A stretch of 64,000 bases of DNA from Thermotogota bacterium (GCA_039679545.1 JBDKUT010000163.1:26502-90501); one strand, 5' to 3'; shown: positions 29,267 to 39,927, counted from the first letter of the stretch. A program made the numbers and translations. The notes: generated from the sequence alone by a model not told the origin.

Positions 29267-29869
29267 ATGTCGAAGAAGAACTACGACGCCCTTCGCCAGG
29301 TCATTGAAGCGCGAAGGACCGTGCGCCGGTATACGGACGCTCCGGTTCCGGAGGAGGACGTGCGACGAATCCTCGATGCGGCCCGCTACGCGCCCAGTTC
29401 GGGGAACGAGCAGCCGTGGAAGTTCCTCGTCGTGCGCGATCGAAAACGGATGGACGAGCTGCGCGACGTCGCGGTGCGGATCACGCTCGACTACTGCCAC
29501 ACAAAGCTCGGGATGAACGCGGAGCAGATCGAGGAACAACGGAAGACGCAGACGGAGTACGTCGCCGGTTGCCTCTCCGCCCCCGTGCTCGTCACGATTC
29601 TCGTCGACAAGGAAGCGAAGTGGGCCAGCTACAGCCGGCATGACGGAGCGCTGGCGGCGGCCAACCTGATGCTCGCGGCCCGCGCGCTGGGTTACGGCAC
29701 GATTTACGGAACCGACGGCGTGCCCGAGGCTGCCGTCCGTGAGGTATTCTCGATCCCCGAGCGGTACGAGTTCGTGATCCTCACGCCGATCGGTGTTCCC
29801 GAAAGCTGGCCCAAGGCGCCGGAGCGGAAGGACCTCGAGTCGTTCCTCGTCTACGAGCGTTTCGAGTAA
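29267..29869 (+). CDS. Nitroreductase family protein
   Basis: RRTVRRY, APSSGNEQPWKF, NLMLAARALGYGT. Confidence 0.93.
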   Translation: MSKKNYDALRQVIEARRTVRRYTDAPVPEEDVRRILDAARYAPSSGNEQPWKFLVVRDRKRMDELRDVAVRITLDYCHTKLGMNAEQIEEQRKTQTEYVAGCLSAPVLVTILVDKEAKWASYSRHDGALAAANLMLAARALGYGTIYGTDGVPEAAVREVFSIPERYEFVILTPIGVPESWPKAPERKDLESFLVYERFE

Positions 29870-29908
29870 TGGCCCCATGGCCCATACGTCGAACGAAGGG
29901 GGGACTGG

Positions 29909-30334
29909 ATGAGCAAGAAAACCCAAGCGTGGATTGCCGATGTCGTTCGCGAGATGGAGAAGAACACCGACGCGTCGACGTGCGCGCACATCCTGGAATC
30001 GTGCGGCCGCCACTGCGCCCCGGCGAGCTTGATCCAGAAGGCCAAGAACATCTACAAGAGCTCAGGGGGGATTCCCGAGTTCCTCGCTCGACTCGGCGAA
30101 GTGTTCGAAGCGCTCCAAATCGAGGACGGCGCCGTGTACGTAGTCTACCCTCGCTGCTATTGCGGCCAGATCAAGGGCATGCCGCCGGCCGACATCCCAG
30201 ACGCCTACTGCAACTGCTCCGTGGGGTGGATCCGCGAGGTTTTCGAGCAGGCGATCGGGCGTCCGGTGAAGGTCGAGCGCGTCACGACGGTCGTCTCCGG
30301 CGGCGACGAGTGCCGCTTCAAGGTCGTCCTCTAG
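29909..30334 (+). CDS. Cys-rich V4R-like protein (DUF6144-like)
   Basis: CGRHC, RCYC, YCNCSVG, GGDECRF. Confidence 0.7.
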   Translation: MSKKTQAWIADVVREMEKNTDASTCAHILESCGRHCAPASLIQKAKNIYKSSGGIPEFLARLGEVFEALQIEDGAVYVVYPRCYCGQIKGMPPADIPDAYCNCSVGWIREVFEQAIGRPVKVERVTTVVSGGDECRFKVVL

Positions 30335-30354
30335 CCGCGGCGGCTTCCATGCTG

Positions 30355-31107
30355 CTACGGGTTCGCGTCCCTTTCGAGGGATGACAGCGCTGCGACGAAC
30401 GTCGCAAACTGCAGTTCGTGCCGGCGAGCGATGGACTGGCGGATGAAGCGAAACTGGTAGTACCCGTAGCGATACGGGTCGCCGGCAAGGCTCGGGTAGA
30501 AGGTGTTGAAGTACGTAGCCGCATTGAGTGACGCGGGGGTCGGATCGGAGAGCCGCTCGAGGGCGGCGGCGAGAAGCGCGTCCAAACGGAGGAAGCGGTC
30601 TTCGCTCTCCGAGAACAGGTTGTAGAATGCAACCGCGCCGTCGTTGGCCAAGATCTCGGCGTCGTAGTAGTCCAGCTCGGCGCCCTGCACGGTCTGCAGC
30701 CAGTGCGTCAGCTCATGGGCAACGAGAAACCACTGGAACAGCTCCGCAAACAGCTCCCTCGCAACGGCTTCATCTCCGCCTGTCAGGGTCAGGAAGAAGC
30801 TCACCGTGGATTCCTGCGGAGGCCAGTACGGGATCACGATCCGCTGGGCCTTCGGGCTGAAGTGCGCCAAGTACGGGGTGTTTCGAACGACAACCTCGGG
30901 AAGCGAACCGACGTCTCCCCCAACGTCAGACACGGCCAGCGCGTAGGCCTCTACCGTACGCTCGATGTCTGCCTGGATCGCCGCAACGTCGGCGGGAGGG
31001 CACGGGGTCTGTGCCCGTCCGAGGACGCCGATCCCGCACACGGCGAACCCCACCAGGCACAACGCCCCCGCCCGCTTCCAGCACTCGTCGATGTCCACGG
31101 CCTCCAT
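30355..31107 (-). CDS. Hypothetical exported protein with HExxH zincin motif
   Basis: Signal-like segment; VAHELTHWLQ with a downstream E..AN. Confidence 0.65.
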   Translation of the reverse strand: MEAVDIDECWKRAGALCLVGFAVCGIGVLGRAQTPCPPADVAAIQADIERTVEAYALAVSDVGGDVGSLPEVVVRNTPYLAHFSPKAQRIVIPYWPPQESTVSFFLTLTGGDEAVARELFAELFQWFLVAHELTHWLQTVQGAELDYYDAEILANDGAVAFYNLFSESEDRFLRLDALLAAALERLSDPTPASLNAATYFNTFYPSLAGDPYRYGYYQFRFIRQSIARRHELQFATFVAALSSLERDANP

Positions 31108-31242
31108 CCTCCCGAGAGTCGCGAAGAGGATGCTCGAATCCGCACACCCCTCCGCCATCCTACGCCCCTTGACAGATCCCCGAGGACAGGATATCGTTCG
31201 CTACTTAACAATTAGCCGGTTGATGATTGAGGAGCAAACCGA

Positions 31243-31752
31243 ATGATCCACCACCCACGACAGCCAGAAGAGATGACGCTCGGGCAGCTGCTGACCGAGG
31301 TCGCTCGGCTGACCGGCGACCGACTCCGCATCCAGATGAAGCAGATCGGCCTTCACCGCGCTCAGGCCTTCGCCCTGTTCTGCCTGTGGCACCACGACGG
31401 GCTGGCACAGAACGAACTCGCGAGAAGAGTCCACGTTACGCCGGCGGCGGTCACGCCGATGCTCCAACGCATGGAGCGCGACGGCTGGGTGGAGCGCCGA
31501 ACCGACCCGGACGATCAACGCATCTCGAGGGTCTACATGACGGACAAGGCACGAGCGCTCCGCCGGCAGGCATCGAGCGTGTTCCGTGATCTCGACGCGG
31601 AGGTTGCAGGGGCGCTCTCGGCCGACGAGCGCGATGCTCTGCGGAAGCTCCTGATGAAAGTCCATGCGGAGTTCCGACGGCACATGGCACCGCTCCACCA
31701 GCACCGGTTCGGTTGGCTCCCCGGCGATGACGACCAGGAGGAAGGTTCGTGA
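31243..31752 (+). CDS. MarR family transcriptional regulator
   Basis: QNELA...MERDGWVERRTDPDDQR wHTH; TTGACA at 31169. Confidence 0.93.
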   Translation: MIHHPRQPEEMTLGQLLTEVARLTGDRLRIQMKQIGLHRAQAFALFCLWHHDGLAQNELARRVHVTPAAVTPMLQRMERDGWVERRTDPDDQRISRVYMTDKARALRRQASSVFRDLDAEVAGALSADERDALRKLLMKVHAEFRRHMAPLHQHRFGWLPGDDDQEEGS

Positions 31753-33551
31753 AGTCCCTCATGCGGCTGTACCGGTTCGTGGGGCCGTACAAGTGGAAGG
31801 CGCTCGGCGCGCTTGCCCTCCTGCTGGGCATGGTGGCGGCCGATCTCGCCATCCCGCGGTTGTCGCAGCGGATCATCGATCAGGGCATCGGACACCAGAA
31901 CCTCCACGTCGTCTGGACCACGGCACTCATCATGCTCGGCACGGCGCTCGCGAGCGCCCTGTTCGCCATCGTCAACAACGCGCTCTCCGTCCAGGTTGGA
32001 CAGAGCTTCGCGGCCGATGTCCGCAGCGCGCTGCTGCGGAGGGTTCAGCAGTTCTCGTTCGGGAACCTCGACCGGCTCCAGACGGGGCAACTCGTCGTTC
32101 GCTCGACGAGCGACGTCAACTTCGTTCAGATGATCGTCCAGATGTCGCTCCGCATCCTCACCCGCGCGCCGGTCTGGATGCTCGGCGCCATCGGATTCCT
32201 GTTCGCCACAAGCATCGAACTCGGGTGGATTGTGCTTGCCTTCTTCCCCGTCATCATCCTGTTCATGGTCGTTTTCACCGGCCCGGCGACGAAGATGTTC
32301 CTCGCCGTGCAGAAGCGGCTCGACCGCTTGAACACGGTCCTTCAGGAGAACCTGGCCGGCGTCCGCGTCGTCAAGGCGTTTGTCCGGGAGGATCAGGAAA
32401 TCGAGCGTTTCGGGTCGGCGAACGAGGCGCTGACGGCGCAGTCGATCCGCGTGTTCCGCGTGCTCGCGCTCCTCATGCCGCTCATGATGGTGGTCATGAA
32501 CGCGGCCGTGATCGTGGCCCTGTGGTTCGGCGGGTCGATGACGCTCGAGGGCCGCATGACGGTTGGACAGGTCGTCGCCTCCGTTAACTACCTGTCGATG
32601 GCCCTCTTCCCGCTCCTCATGCTCGCCGGAATGGTGGCCCCGCTGGCCGCCGCCGACGCCTCGGCCAGCCGGATCCTCGAGGTCCTCGACGGCGAGCCCG
32701 AGGTCAAGGAGCGGCCCGGAGCGAAGACTCTCACAGCTCCGCGCGGCCGGATCGCCTTCGAGAACGTGTCGTTCGCCTACGGCGGCAACGGCGCTGATTC
32801 CGTCCTCCGCGACGTCAGCTTCGTCGCCGAGCCGGGCGAGACCGTGGCGATTCTCGGCGCCACCGGGTCAGGCAAGTCGACGCTCATCCACCTCATCCCC
32901 CGGTTCTACGACGTGACCGCCGGACGGGTAACGTTCGACGGAGTCGACGTCCGCGACCTGACGATCACGTCGCTGCGGTCGCACATCGGCATCGCACTGC
33001 AGGAAGCCGTCCTGTTCAGCGGTACCATCCGAGACAACATCTGCTACGGGCGCCCCGACGCATCGCAGATGGAGATCGAGGCCGCCGCCGCCGCCGCCCA
33101 GGCAGCGGAGTTCATCGCCTCCTTGCCGAACGGCTACGACACCGTCATCGGAGAGCGGGGGACGACGCTCTCCGGCGGGCAGCGGCAACGCCTGGCCATC
33201 GCCCGCGCGCTCGTCGTGCGCCCTAAGGTCCTCATCCTCGACGACTCGACGAGCGCGGTGGACATCGAAACCGAGGTGAAGCTCCAGGATGCCCTCGATC
33301 GCCTCGTCTCGGAGTCGGAGCACGCGACGACTCGATTCATCGTCGCACAGCGAATTTCCACCGTGCTCCTGGCTGACAAGATCCTTGTTCTCGACGGCGG
33401 GAGAATCACCGCCGCGGGCACCCACCGCGAGTTGATGGAGACAAGCCCCGTGTACCGTGAGATCTACAACTCGCAGTTGGGGGAAGGCCGGCGATCGCCG
33501 GCGGTCGACGCTGATCGGTCGACATCGGCGGGGGAGGTGCGGCATGGCTGA
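31749..33551 (+). CDS. Heterodimeric ABC exporter subunit 1 (degenerate site)
   Basis: TMD plus NBD: GATGSGKS, LSGGQ, non-canonical LILDD Walker B, Q-switch IVAQR. Confidence 0.93.
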   Translation: MKSLMRLYRFVGPYKWKALGALALLLGMVAADLAIPRLSQRIIDQGIGHQNLHVVWTTALIMLGTALASALFAIVNNALSVQVGQSFAADVRSALLRRVQQFSFGNLDRLQTGQLVVRSTSDVNFVQMIVQMSLRILTRAPVWMLGAIGFLFATSIELGWIVLAFFPVIILFMVVFTGPATKMFLAVQKRLDRLNTVLQENLAGVRVVKAFVREDQEIERFGSANEALTAQSIRVFRVLALLMPLMMVVMNAAVIVALWFGGSMTLEGRMTVGQVVASVNYLSMALFPLLMLAGMVAPLAAADASASRILEVLDGEPEVKERPGAKTLTAPRGRIAFENVSFAYGGNGADSVLRDVSFVAEPGETVAILGATGSGKSTLIHLIPRFYDVTAGRVTFDGVDVRDLTITSLRSHIGIALQEAVLFSGTIRDNICYGRPDASQMEIEAAAAAAQAAEFIASLPNGYDTVIGERGTTLSGGQRQRLAIARALVVRPKVLILDDSTSAVDIETEVKLQDALDRLVSESEHATTRFIVAQRISTVLLADKILVLDGGRITAAGTHRELMETSPVYREIYNSQLGEGRRSPAVDADRSTSAGEVRHG

Positions 33552-35400
33552 CGCTCGCACCCAGCAAATCTCCAGACCCCACATGCCGGGCCCCGGCCCC
33601 GGACCTCGCGGCCACGGAATGATGGCCGTCGAGCGCGCGAAGAACGTGCGTGGAACCCTGAGCAGGCTGGTGCGGTACGCCGCGCCCTACCGAGCGGCTC
33701 TCGTCGTCGTCATCGTCCTCGCCGCGGTGAGCACCGGCATGGGACTCGCCGGCCCGTACCTCTTGGGGAAAGGCGTCGACGCCATCATCAAGATCGCCAT
33801 GGGCCAAGCCGGGATCGACGTCCTGTTCCGGATCATCCTCACCATGATCGGCGTCTACGTCGTGTCGTGGGTCGCGAGCGCCGCCCAAGGGTGGATCGTC
33901 GCAGGCGTGGCGCAGAAGATGATGCGCGCGCTCCGCGCGGAGCTGTTCGACCACATGCAGACCCTGTCGCTCCGCTTCTTCGACTCACGGACGTCGGGCG
34001 AGTTGATGAGCCGCCTTACGAACGACATGGATGCCGTGAGTCGAGTCCTGTCGCAGAACGTCACACAGCTCTTCTCTGGAATCCTGACCCTGGTCGGAGT
34101 GCTCGTCATCATGTTCGTCCTGAACCCGCTCCTCGCGCTCGGAACCCTCGTGGCGTTCCCGTTGATGGTGGGACTCGTCGGACTGGTCGGGTCGAAGACC
34201 CGCAAGGCGTTCCGCGGCTACCAGGCGAACCTGGGGGCGCTGAACGGCATCCTCGAGGAGGCGTACAGCGGCCAACGGGTCGTCATGGCCTACGGGCAGC
34301 AGGACGCGGTGCTCCAGAAGTTCGACACAGCCAACGAGGCCGTGCGCAAGGTGGGAACCCACGCGATGACGTACTCCCTCCTCGTCATGCCGCTGATGGG
34401 CATTCTCTCCAACGCCAACATCGCGATCGTCGCCGGACTCGGAGGGTGGATGACGATCGTCGGCATGGCCACCATCGGCACGATTGCGTCGTTCATCGGG
34501 TACTCGAACCGATTTGCCGAGCCGCTTCGCATGCTCGGCGATCTCTACAACCAAGTTCAGGCGGCCGTGGCCGGCGCGGAGCGCATCTTCGGCATCATCG
34601 ACACCGCTCCCGACCAAACCGATCCCGAGAACGCGACGGAATTGGGGCGCATCGAGGGCGATGTGCTCTTCGACCACGTGACGTTCTCGTACGTCCCGGG
34701 CGTGCCCGTCCTGAAGGATGTCTCCCTGCACGCGCGACCCGGAGAGCGGATTGCCCTCGTCGGCCCCACCGGTGCCGGCAAGACGACGATGGTGAACCTT
34801 CTGTCGCGGTTCTACGACTTGGACTCCGGCTCCATCAAGATCGACGGAATCGACGTGCGCCAGGCGTCGCGCGCCAGCCTGCGCCGCAACCTCGGAATCG
34901 TCCTGCAGCAGTCGTTCCTGTTTGCGGAGAGCGTGATGGAGAACATCCGCTACGGGCGGCCGGATGCGACGGACGAGGAAGTCATCGCCGCCGCCACCCT
35001 CGCGCGGGCCGACGGGTTCATCCACCGACTGCCCAAGGGCTACTCGACGATCCTGTCGGAGCGGGGCGCGAACCTCTCCGAGGGGCAGCGTCAGCTGATT
35101 GCGATCGCGCGGGCGATTCTCGCGGATCCGCGCATTCTCATTCTGGACGAGGCGACGTCAAGTGTGGACACGCGCACCGAAGTACGCATCCAGGAAGCGC
35201 TGCTCGCGCTGATGAAGGGGCGGACGAGTTTCGTGATTGCTCACCGCCTCTCGACGATCCGCGGCGCCGACCAAGTGATCATGATCGACCAAGGAGAGCT
35301 CGTGGAGCGTGGATCACACGAGGAGCTCATGCAGGCTCAAGGCGCCTACTACCGCCTCTACATGAGCCAGTTCCGCGGCCAAGCCGCGGCCTCCGCATGA
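33544..35400 (+). CDS. Heterodimeric ABC exporter subunit 2
   Basis: GPTGAGKT, LSEGQ, LDEATS, IAHRLST; TM287/288-like pair. Confidence 0.93.
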   Translation: MADARTQQISRPHMPGPGPGPRGHGMMAVERAKNVRGTLSRLVRYAAPYRAALVVVIVLAAVSTGMGLAGPYLLGKGVDAIIKIAMGQAGIDVLFRIILTMIGVYVVSWVASAAQGWIVAGVAQKMMRALRAELFDHMQTLSLRFFDSRTSGELMSRLTNDMDAVSRVLSQNVTQLFSGILTLVGVLVIMFVLNPLLALGTLVAFPLMVGLVGLVGSKTRKAFRGYQANLGALNGILEEAYSGQRVVMAYGQQDAVLQKFDTANEAVRKVGTHAMTYSLLVMPLMGILSNANIAIVAGLGGWMTIVGMATIGTIASFIGYSNRFAEPLRMLGDLYNQVQAAVAGAERIFGIIDTAPDQTDPENATELGRIEGDVLFDHVTFSYVPGVPVLKDVSLHARPGERIALVGPTGAGKTTMVNLLSRFYDLDSGSIKIDGIDVRQASRASLRRNLGIVLQQSFLFAESVMENIRYGRPDATDEEVIAAATLARADGFIHRLPKGYSTILSERGANLSEGQRQLIAIARAILADPRILILDEATSSVDTRTEVRIQEALLALMKGRTSFVIAHRLSTIRGADQVIMIDQGELVERGSHEELMQAQGAYYRLYMSQFRGQAAASA

Positions 35401-35480
35401 AGGGCACCGAGGGGCTTCACAAATTGCACAAGGGACTTACGTAGCATCGGTTCTGGAAGTCAGGAAACGAGAGGAGTGAC

Positions 35481-36071
35481 ATGAAAAGGATAGCAGGCTT
35501 GCTTTGCGTAGCGGTGGTTCTTGCGGTGGCGGGCACGGCGCTCGCCCAGACCGACCTCAGCGTGTTCCCGAGCGGAACAACGAAGATGGTCTACAAGATG
35601 CGAACGGAGGACATGACCCAGCCGATGCCGCTCGAGCTCAGCGTAACCGTGCACGGAGACGGCACGTATACCGTCCGGATGGTGACGGAGGGGACCGGCA
35701 CGGAAGACGAGCTTGGGTCGTTCGGATTCATCGGCGGCATGACCTCCGTCAGCGCCAGCGGTCACGACGTGAGCTACACGTCGCTCCAGGCGCTCATGGA
35801 CCAGCGCAACCGCCTTCAGGAGGGTCAGGAGTATCTCCTCCCCGGCGGCGGCGCGTTCACCAACATCGTGGGCGCGACCATCGCCGGAGTGTGGTGCCTG
35901 CAGGGGACCCTCGTCGATCCGGATAACGCAGACGTGCGGACGACGGTGGCATTCGCCCTGTCCAAACCGGTCTACATCTCGCCCCTCATTCGCGTCGAGG
36001 AGCTGCGCAACGGTCAATGGGTTGAAGTCTTCTCGCTTGAGCTCGTTGAGTACACGGTGACCGGGAGCTAG
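35481..36071 (+). CDS. Hypothetical secreted protein
   Basis: Signal peptide ending ALA-Q; host-like codon use; operonic with the ABC genes. Confidence 0.8.
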   Translation: MKRIAGLLCVAVVLAVAGTALAQTDLSVFPSGTTKMVYKMRTEDMTQPMPLELSVTVHGDGTYTVRMVTEGTGTEDELGSFGFIGGMTSVSASGHDVSYTSLQALMDQRNRLQEGQEYLLPGGGAFTNIVGATIAGVWCLQGTLVDPDNADVRTTVAFALSKPVYISPLIRVEELRNGQWVEVFSLELVEYTVTGS

Positions 36072-36073
36072 GC

Positions 36074-36760
36074 ATGGCACTGCTCGATCTTCAGGGTGTC
36101 ACCAAGGACTACCCGCTTGGCAGCACGATCGTGAACGCGCTCCGCGGCCTCAACCTCTCCATCGAGAAGGGAGAGATCGTGGCGATCATGGGCCCGTCGG
36201 GATCGGGAAAATCCACGCTGATGCACATCCTCGGCGCGCTCGATGCCCCGACCGACGGGGAGGCACGGCTGGAGGGACAGGACCTCCGCAGCCTCTCCGA
36301 GAACGAGCTGGTGACGCTTCGGGGGAGGAAGGTCGGCTTCGTCTTCCAGACGTTCAACCTGATCCAAACTCTGACGGCGCAGCAGAACGTCGAGCTCCCG
36401 ATGACGTTCCTCGGCGCGCGGCGAAGCGCTCGCGCGGAGCGAGCGCGGGCGCTGCTCGCCAAGGTCGGGCTCGCCGAGCGCGTGGGACATCGGCCGAACG
36501 AGCTCTCGGGGGGCGAGCGCCAACGAGTCGCCATCGCCCGCGCGCTGGCCAACGACCCGGAAATCCTCCTCGCCGACGAGCCCACGGGGAACCTCGACTC
36601 GGAGACCGGTGCAACGATCCTACAACTCCTGAAGCAGCTATGCGAGGACGAGGGGAAGACGATGATCCTCATCACCCACGACCCCGACGCCGCCGCGATC
36701 GCGGACCGCATCGTCCGGCTGCGCGACGGTCGCGTCGTCGAGGAGGCGCGCCATGTTTAG
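36074..36760 (+). CDS. ABC ATP-binding protein, LolD/MacB-like
   Basis: GPSGSGKST, GFVFQTFNL, LSGGERQR, ADEPTGNLD. Confidence 0.95.
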   Translation: MALLDLQGVTKDYPLGSTIVNALRGLNLSIEKGEIVAIMGPSGSGKSTLMHILGALDAPTDGEARLEGQDLRSLSENELVTLRGRKVGFVFQTFNLIQTLTAQQNVELPMTFLGARRSARAERARALLAKVGLAERVGHRPNELSGGERQRVAIARALANDPEILLADEPTGNLDSETGATILQLLKQLCEDEGKTMILITHDPDAAAIADRIVRLRDGRVVEEARHV

Positions 36761-38003
36761 GGATTTTCTCCTGCTCGCCGTGCAGAGCATCACGCATCGG
36801 AAGCTGCGAAGCGCCCTCTCCGTGGTTGGCGTCTTCATCGGCATCATGGCGGTCGTAGCCTTGCTCACCTTTAGTCTCGGCGTTGAAAAAGCGATCAACG
36901 ATCAGGTCTCGAAGGTGTTTGGTGTTGACACCTTTATGTTGATCCATGAGGATCTCATGACGTCCAGGAATCACTCTAGCGACCTGAAGGGGTTCGCGCT
37001 CGATATCGAGGAGTTGCGGCGCGTAGACGGAGTGAAGACCGTCGCCGCCATCCGACAACGGACCGGGTTCCTCCAAGGGCCGCCCGGCGAGAGCGGCCAG
37101 AGCCAGCAGGGATTCCTGCCTGTGATGGGATTGACGCCTGAGATGTCGACGGAGTTCAAGTCCTTCCTCGGAGATATCGTCATCGAAGAAGGCGGCCGAG
37201 GGATTGAGCCAGGCGACACTCACACCGCGTTGCTCGGGAAGGAGATTGCGGAGCGCCTGAAGGCGAAGGTCGGCGACCAGATCATCATTGCGGGCGACAA
37301 GAGCGCAGAGATCACGGTCACAGTGGTCGGGGTTCTGACCGAGCAGAAGGAAGAGCAAGGGAGCGGATTCGGGTTTAGCACTGGTCCGAGTCTCGATACG
37401 GTCTACGTCCCCTACGACTCCATGGACATGCTGTGGCCCGAGTCGAACGACGTTGTCTTCACGCTCGTTCGCACCGAACCGGAGCGGGATGTCGACGAGG
37501 TTGCGGACCGCGTGGAGGCAGCGATGAAGGCGCGCGGATCGAAGGTGTCCGCAATGACCTTCACCGACATTTCGAAGACCATCGGCATGGTCACGGCAGT
37601 CATCAGTGGCTTGTTCGCTGGAATCGCTGGCATCTCCCTCCTCGTCGGCGGCATCGGGGTTATGAACACGATGTTCACCTCTGTGCTCGAGCGGACGAAG
37701 GAAATCGGAATCATGAAGGCCGTCGGCGCGAAGAATCGCCACGTCCTGGCAGTCTTTCTCATTGAGTCAGGCCTGATGGGCCTAGCCGGCGGAATCATCG
37801 GGGCGCTGGCGGGCATCGGGCTCGGCGCTGCTGCGACGTGGATTGTCCGCGCGATGTTCGACGTCAGCGTACCGCTCGTCATCAGCCCTATCGTCGTCGC
37901 CATGACGCTTCTAGGGGCCTTCGCACTTGGCGTCGTGGCCGGTTGGTGGCCGGCACGGCGCGGCGCTCGGATGCCGGTGGTGGACGCACTTCGGTACGAG
38001 TAG
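36753..38003 (+). CDS. ABC permease, MacB/FtsX family
   Basis: ISLLVGGIGVMNTM, ERTKEIGIMKAVGA, DALRYE. Confidence 0.93.
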   Translation: MFRDFLLLAVQSITHRKLRSALSVVGVFIGIMAVVALLTFSLGVEKAINDQVSKVFGVDTFMLIHEDLMTSRNHSSDLKGFALDIEELRRVDGVKTVAAIRQRTGFLQGPPGESGQSQQGFLPVMGLTPEMSTEFKSFLGDIVIEEGGRGIEPGDTHTALLGKEIAERLKAKVGDQIIIAGDKSAEITVTVVGVLTEQKEEQGSGFGFSTGPSLDTVYVPYDSMDMLWPESNDVVFTLVRTEPERDVDEVADRVEAAMKARGSKVSAMTFTDISKTIGMVTAVISGLFAGIAGISLLVGGIGVMNTMFTSVLERTKEIGIMKAVGAKNRHVLAVFLIESGLMGLAGGIIGALAGIGLGAAATWIVRAMFDVSVPLVISPIVVAMTLLGAFALGVVAGWWPARRGARMPVVDALRYE

Positions 38004-38004
38004 C

Positions 38005-38110
38005 CGATTGCGGAAGGACGATCTTCGAGCCGTTGCGATATACGGGCGGCGCGGGAGCCGGATCCGCCGGCGCGGGTCCGGATCCCGCGCGACGTCCTCG
38101 TCGCGTCGCC
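38005..38110 (+). repeat. Degenerate direct copy of 38878-38995 (5' end of the 38888 gene)
   Basis: ggacgatcttcgagccgttgcg...gggagccggatccgccggcgcgggtccgg...gcgcgacgtcctcg versus ggacgatctccgagccattgcg...gggagccggacccgccggtgcgggtccgg...gcgcgacgtcctcg. Confidence 0.85.
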
Positions 38111-38203
38111 GGACGATCCTCGTCCGTGCGCCTCGTGCGTCAAGCCGTGACTTCTGGACCCGCTACCCGAAGTCAACTACGCTGCGGTGCCCATCGGCAG
38201 GGT

Positions 38204-38764
38204 CTACTTCCCCCTTGCTCCGCCGATGCACCAGAGGTCATCCTGCCCCCACTGCGGATCGAAGCCATCTCCGTACCGATGAAGTGGCTGATAGCTGCCC
38301 TTCAACGGCGGTTCCAGCTTGCTCCCCAACGAGTCCACGTAGTCGAGCAGCTGTAGTGCACCGAGTATGCTTTTCAGTTTGTTCGCGGTTCGGGTCATAG
38401 GCGGCTGATACTGCAGAGCCTTCGCCACGTCGAGCGTCCCGTCGGGCGTCATCACAAGCTGCAGCTCGGCACTCAGCGCTGGCCCTATCACGTAGTACAC
38501 AGCGAACGATAGCCCGATCTCGGCCCCCGTGACTACAAGGCCTGCTACCCCGGACGTCAGGGCCGCCGCGCCAAGTGCCGTCAACCCTGTTGTCGCCCCC
38601 TCGGCAATGGCAAAGCCGACGGAGATTGCCGACAGTGCAGTGCTGGCCGCCGCTCCTGGTGTAACGCGAGGTGGTTCCGGCTCAGCTGGTCTTCCCACAC
38701 AGCTGACGCTGACAACCAGGGTGCTGCAGAGCACTATGCACCACACGATAGCCTTTCTGTACAT
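38204..38764 (-). CDS. Hypothetical protein, possible lipoprotein
   Basis: SD AAGGAGG; signal peptide with VSVSC; Ala/Gly-rich hydrophobic segment; visibly lower GC than neighbours. Confidence 0.65.
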   Translation of the reverse strand: MYRKAIVWCIVLCSTLVVSVSCVGRPAEPEPPRVTPGAAASTALSAISVGFAIAEGATTGLTALGAAALTSGVAGLVVTGAEIGLSFAVYYVIGPALSAELQLVMTPDGTLDVAKALQYQPPMTRTANKLKSILGALQLLDYVDSLGSKLEPPLKGSYQPLHRYGDGFDPQWGQDDLWCIGGARGK

Positions 38765-38887
38765 GACTGCACCTCCTTGGTCATCACTATACGTCTACTT
38801 CATGTCATATACTACCACTGAGTGACAACACCGTAGCGCGAGCCTGGCGCATCTACCATTCCACTGGATCCGTAGTACGATTGCGCC

Positions 38888-39889
38888 ATGTTAGCGCGGG
38901 ACGATCTCCGAGCCATTGCGGTGCAGGTGCTGCGCCGGGAGCCGGACCCGCCGGTGCGGGTCCGGCTCCTGCGCGACGTCCTCGACGCGCCGATCGACGA
39001 CTCGCGACTCCGAAGTGCCCGCGAGGGGCTCGACGATTCACCTCACGTTCTACTCTTGGTCTCGGAGCAACGCGACGACGGAAGCTGGGGCCGACTTCAC
39101 TCTCGCGACACCCACGCCGCCGCTGCCGTTCCGACGACCGAGTGGGCCGTCGAGCGGGCGGTCGCGCTCGGCGTCGACAGAGACCATCCGATGCTTCGGA
39201 GCGCCGCTGACCATCTCGCCGCTGTCGTCACGGGGCTCGCGGCACCGAGCGACCCTCCGGAACGAAACGACCGCTGGCCGACCGGCGTGGCCCTCTTCGC
39301 GGCGTCCACGCTTGCCCTCGTCGACTCCGAGCACCCGGCGCTCGACCCGGTCTGGGCTCTGTGGCACGAGATCGCCCGGCGCACCTTGGCAGGCGGAATC
39401 TACAATCCGGACGCCGAGGCAGCCGCGCATCGCGACCTCACCGGCGCCTCAGTTCGCGGAACCTACCTGACACTCGAGAATCGCTACGCCGTAACCCTGC
39501 TCGCCTCCCGCGGCGACCGGATGGATCCCCACGTGCGCGCGGCCCTCTACCGCTGGCTGTGGAACCACCCGAAGGGGCTTGGCTACTTCGAGACTCCTCC
39601 TGCTGTTCCTCCGTCCGGCCGCGCGACAAGCGGTTTCATCGAGCGGTGGATCTGGACGCACGAGATCCTGGCGAGCCTCTCGACGCACGCCGCCGTGGGG
39701 CCGATCCTCGACGCACTTGAAGCCAACCGGCGCAGCGACGGGTTGTGGGACCTTGGCCCTCGCGCGTCGTTCGCATCGGCTCTTCCCCTTTCGGCGACAT
39801 GGCGGGCCAAGGACGCACGCGCCGTCGACTGGACGACACGCATCCTCACGCTCGCGTCCCGCTGGCTGGGGAACCTCGCTTCCGCGTAG
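38888..39889 (+). CDS. Hypothetical protein (prenyltransferase/squalene-cyclase-repeat-like)
   Basis: QRDDGSWG and RRSDGLWD QW-like repeats. Confidence 0.7.
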   Translation: MLARDDLRAIAVQVLRREPDPPVRVRLLRDVLDAPIDDSRLRSAREGLDDSPHVLLLVSEQRDDGSWGRLHSRDTHAAAAVPTTEWAVERAVALGVDRDHPMLRSAADHLAAVVTGLAAPSDPPERNDRWPTGVALFAASTLALVDSEHPALDPVWALWHEIARRTLAGGIYNPDAEAAAHRDLTGASVRGTYLTLENRYAVTLLASRGDRMDPHVRAALYRWLWNHPKGLGYFETPPAVPPSGRATSGFIERWIWTHEILASLSTHAAVGPILDALEANRRSDGLWDLGPRASFASALPLSATWRAKDARAVDWTTRILTLASRWLGNLASA

Positions 39890-39927
39890 AGCAAGAACCT
39901 TCTTCCCAACTCCCATGGCGCGACCTC

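Noticed and set aside
35410..35445. TTCACAAA/TGCACAA direct repeat as a response-regulator box
   Set aside because: Too short and degenerate to support without a comparative alignment.
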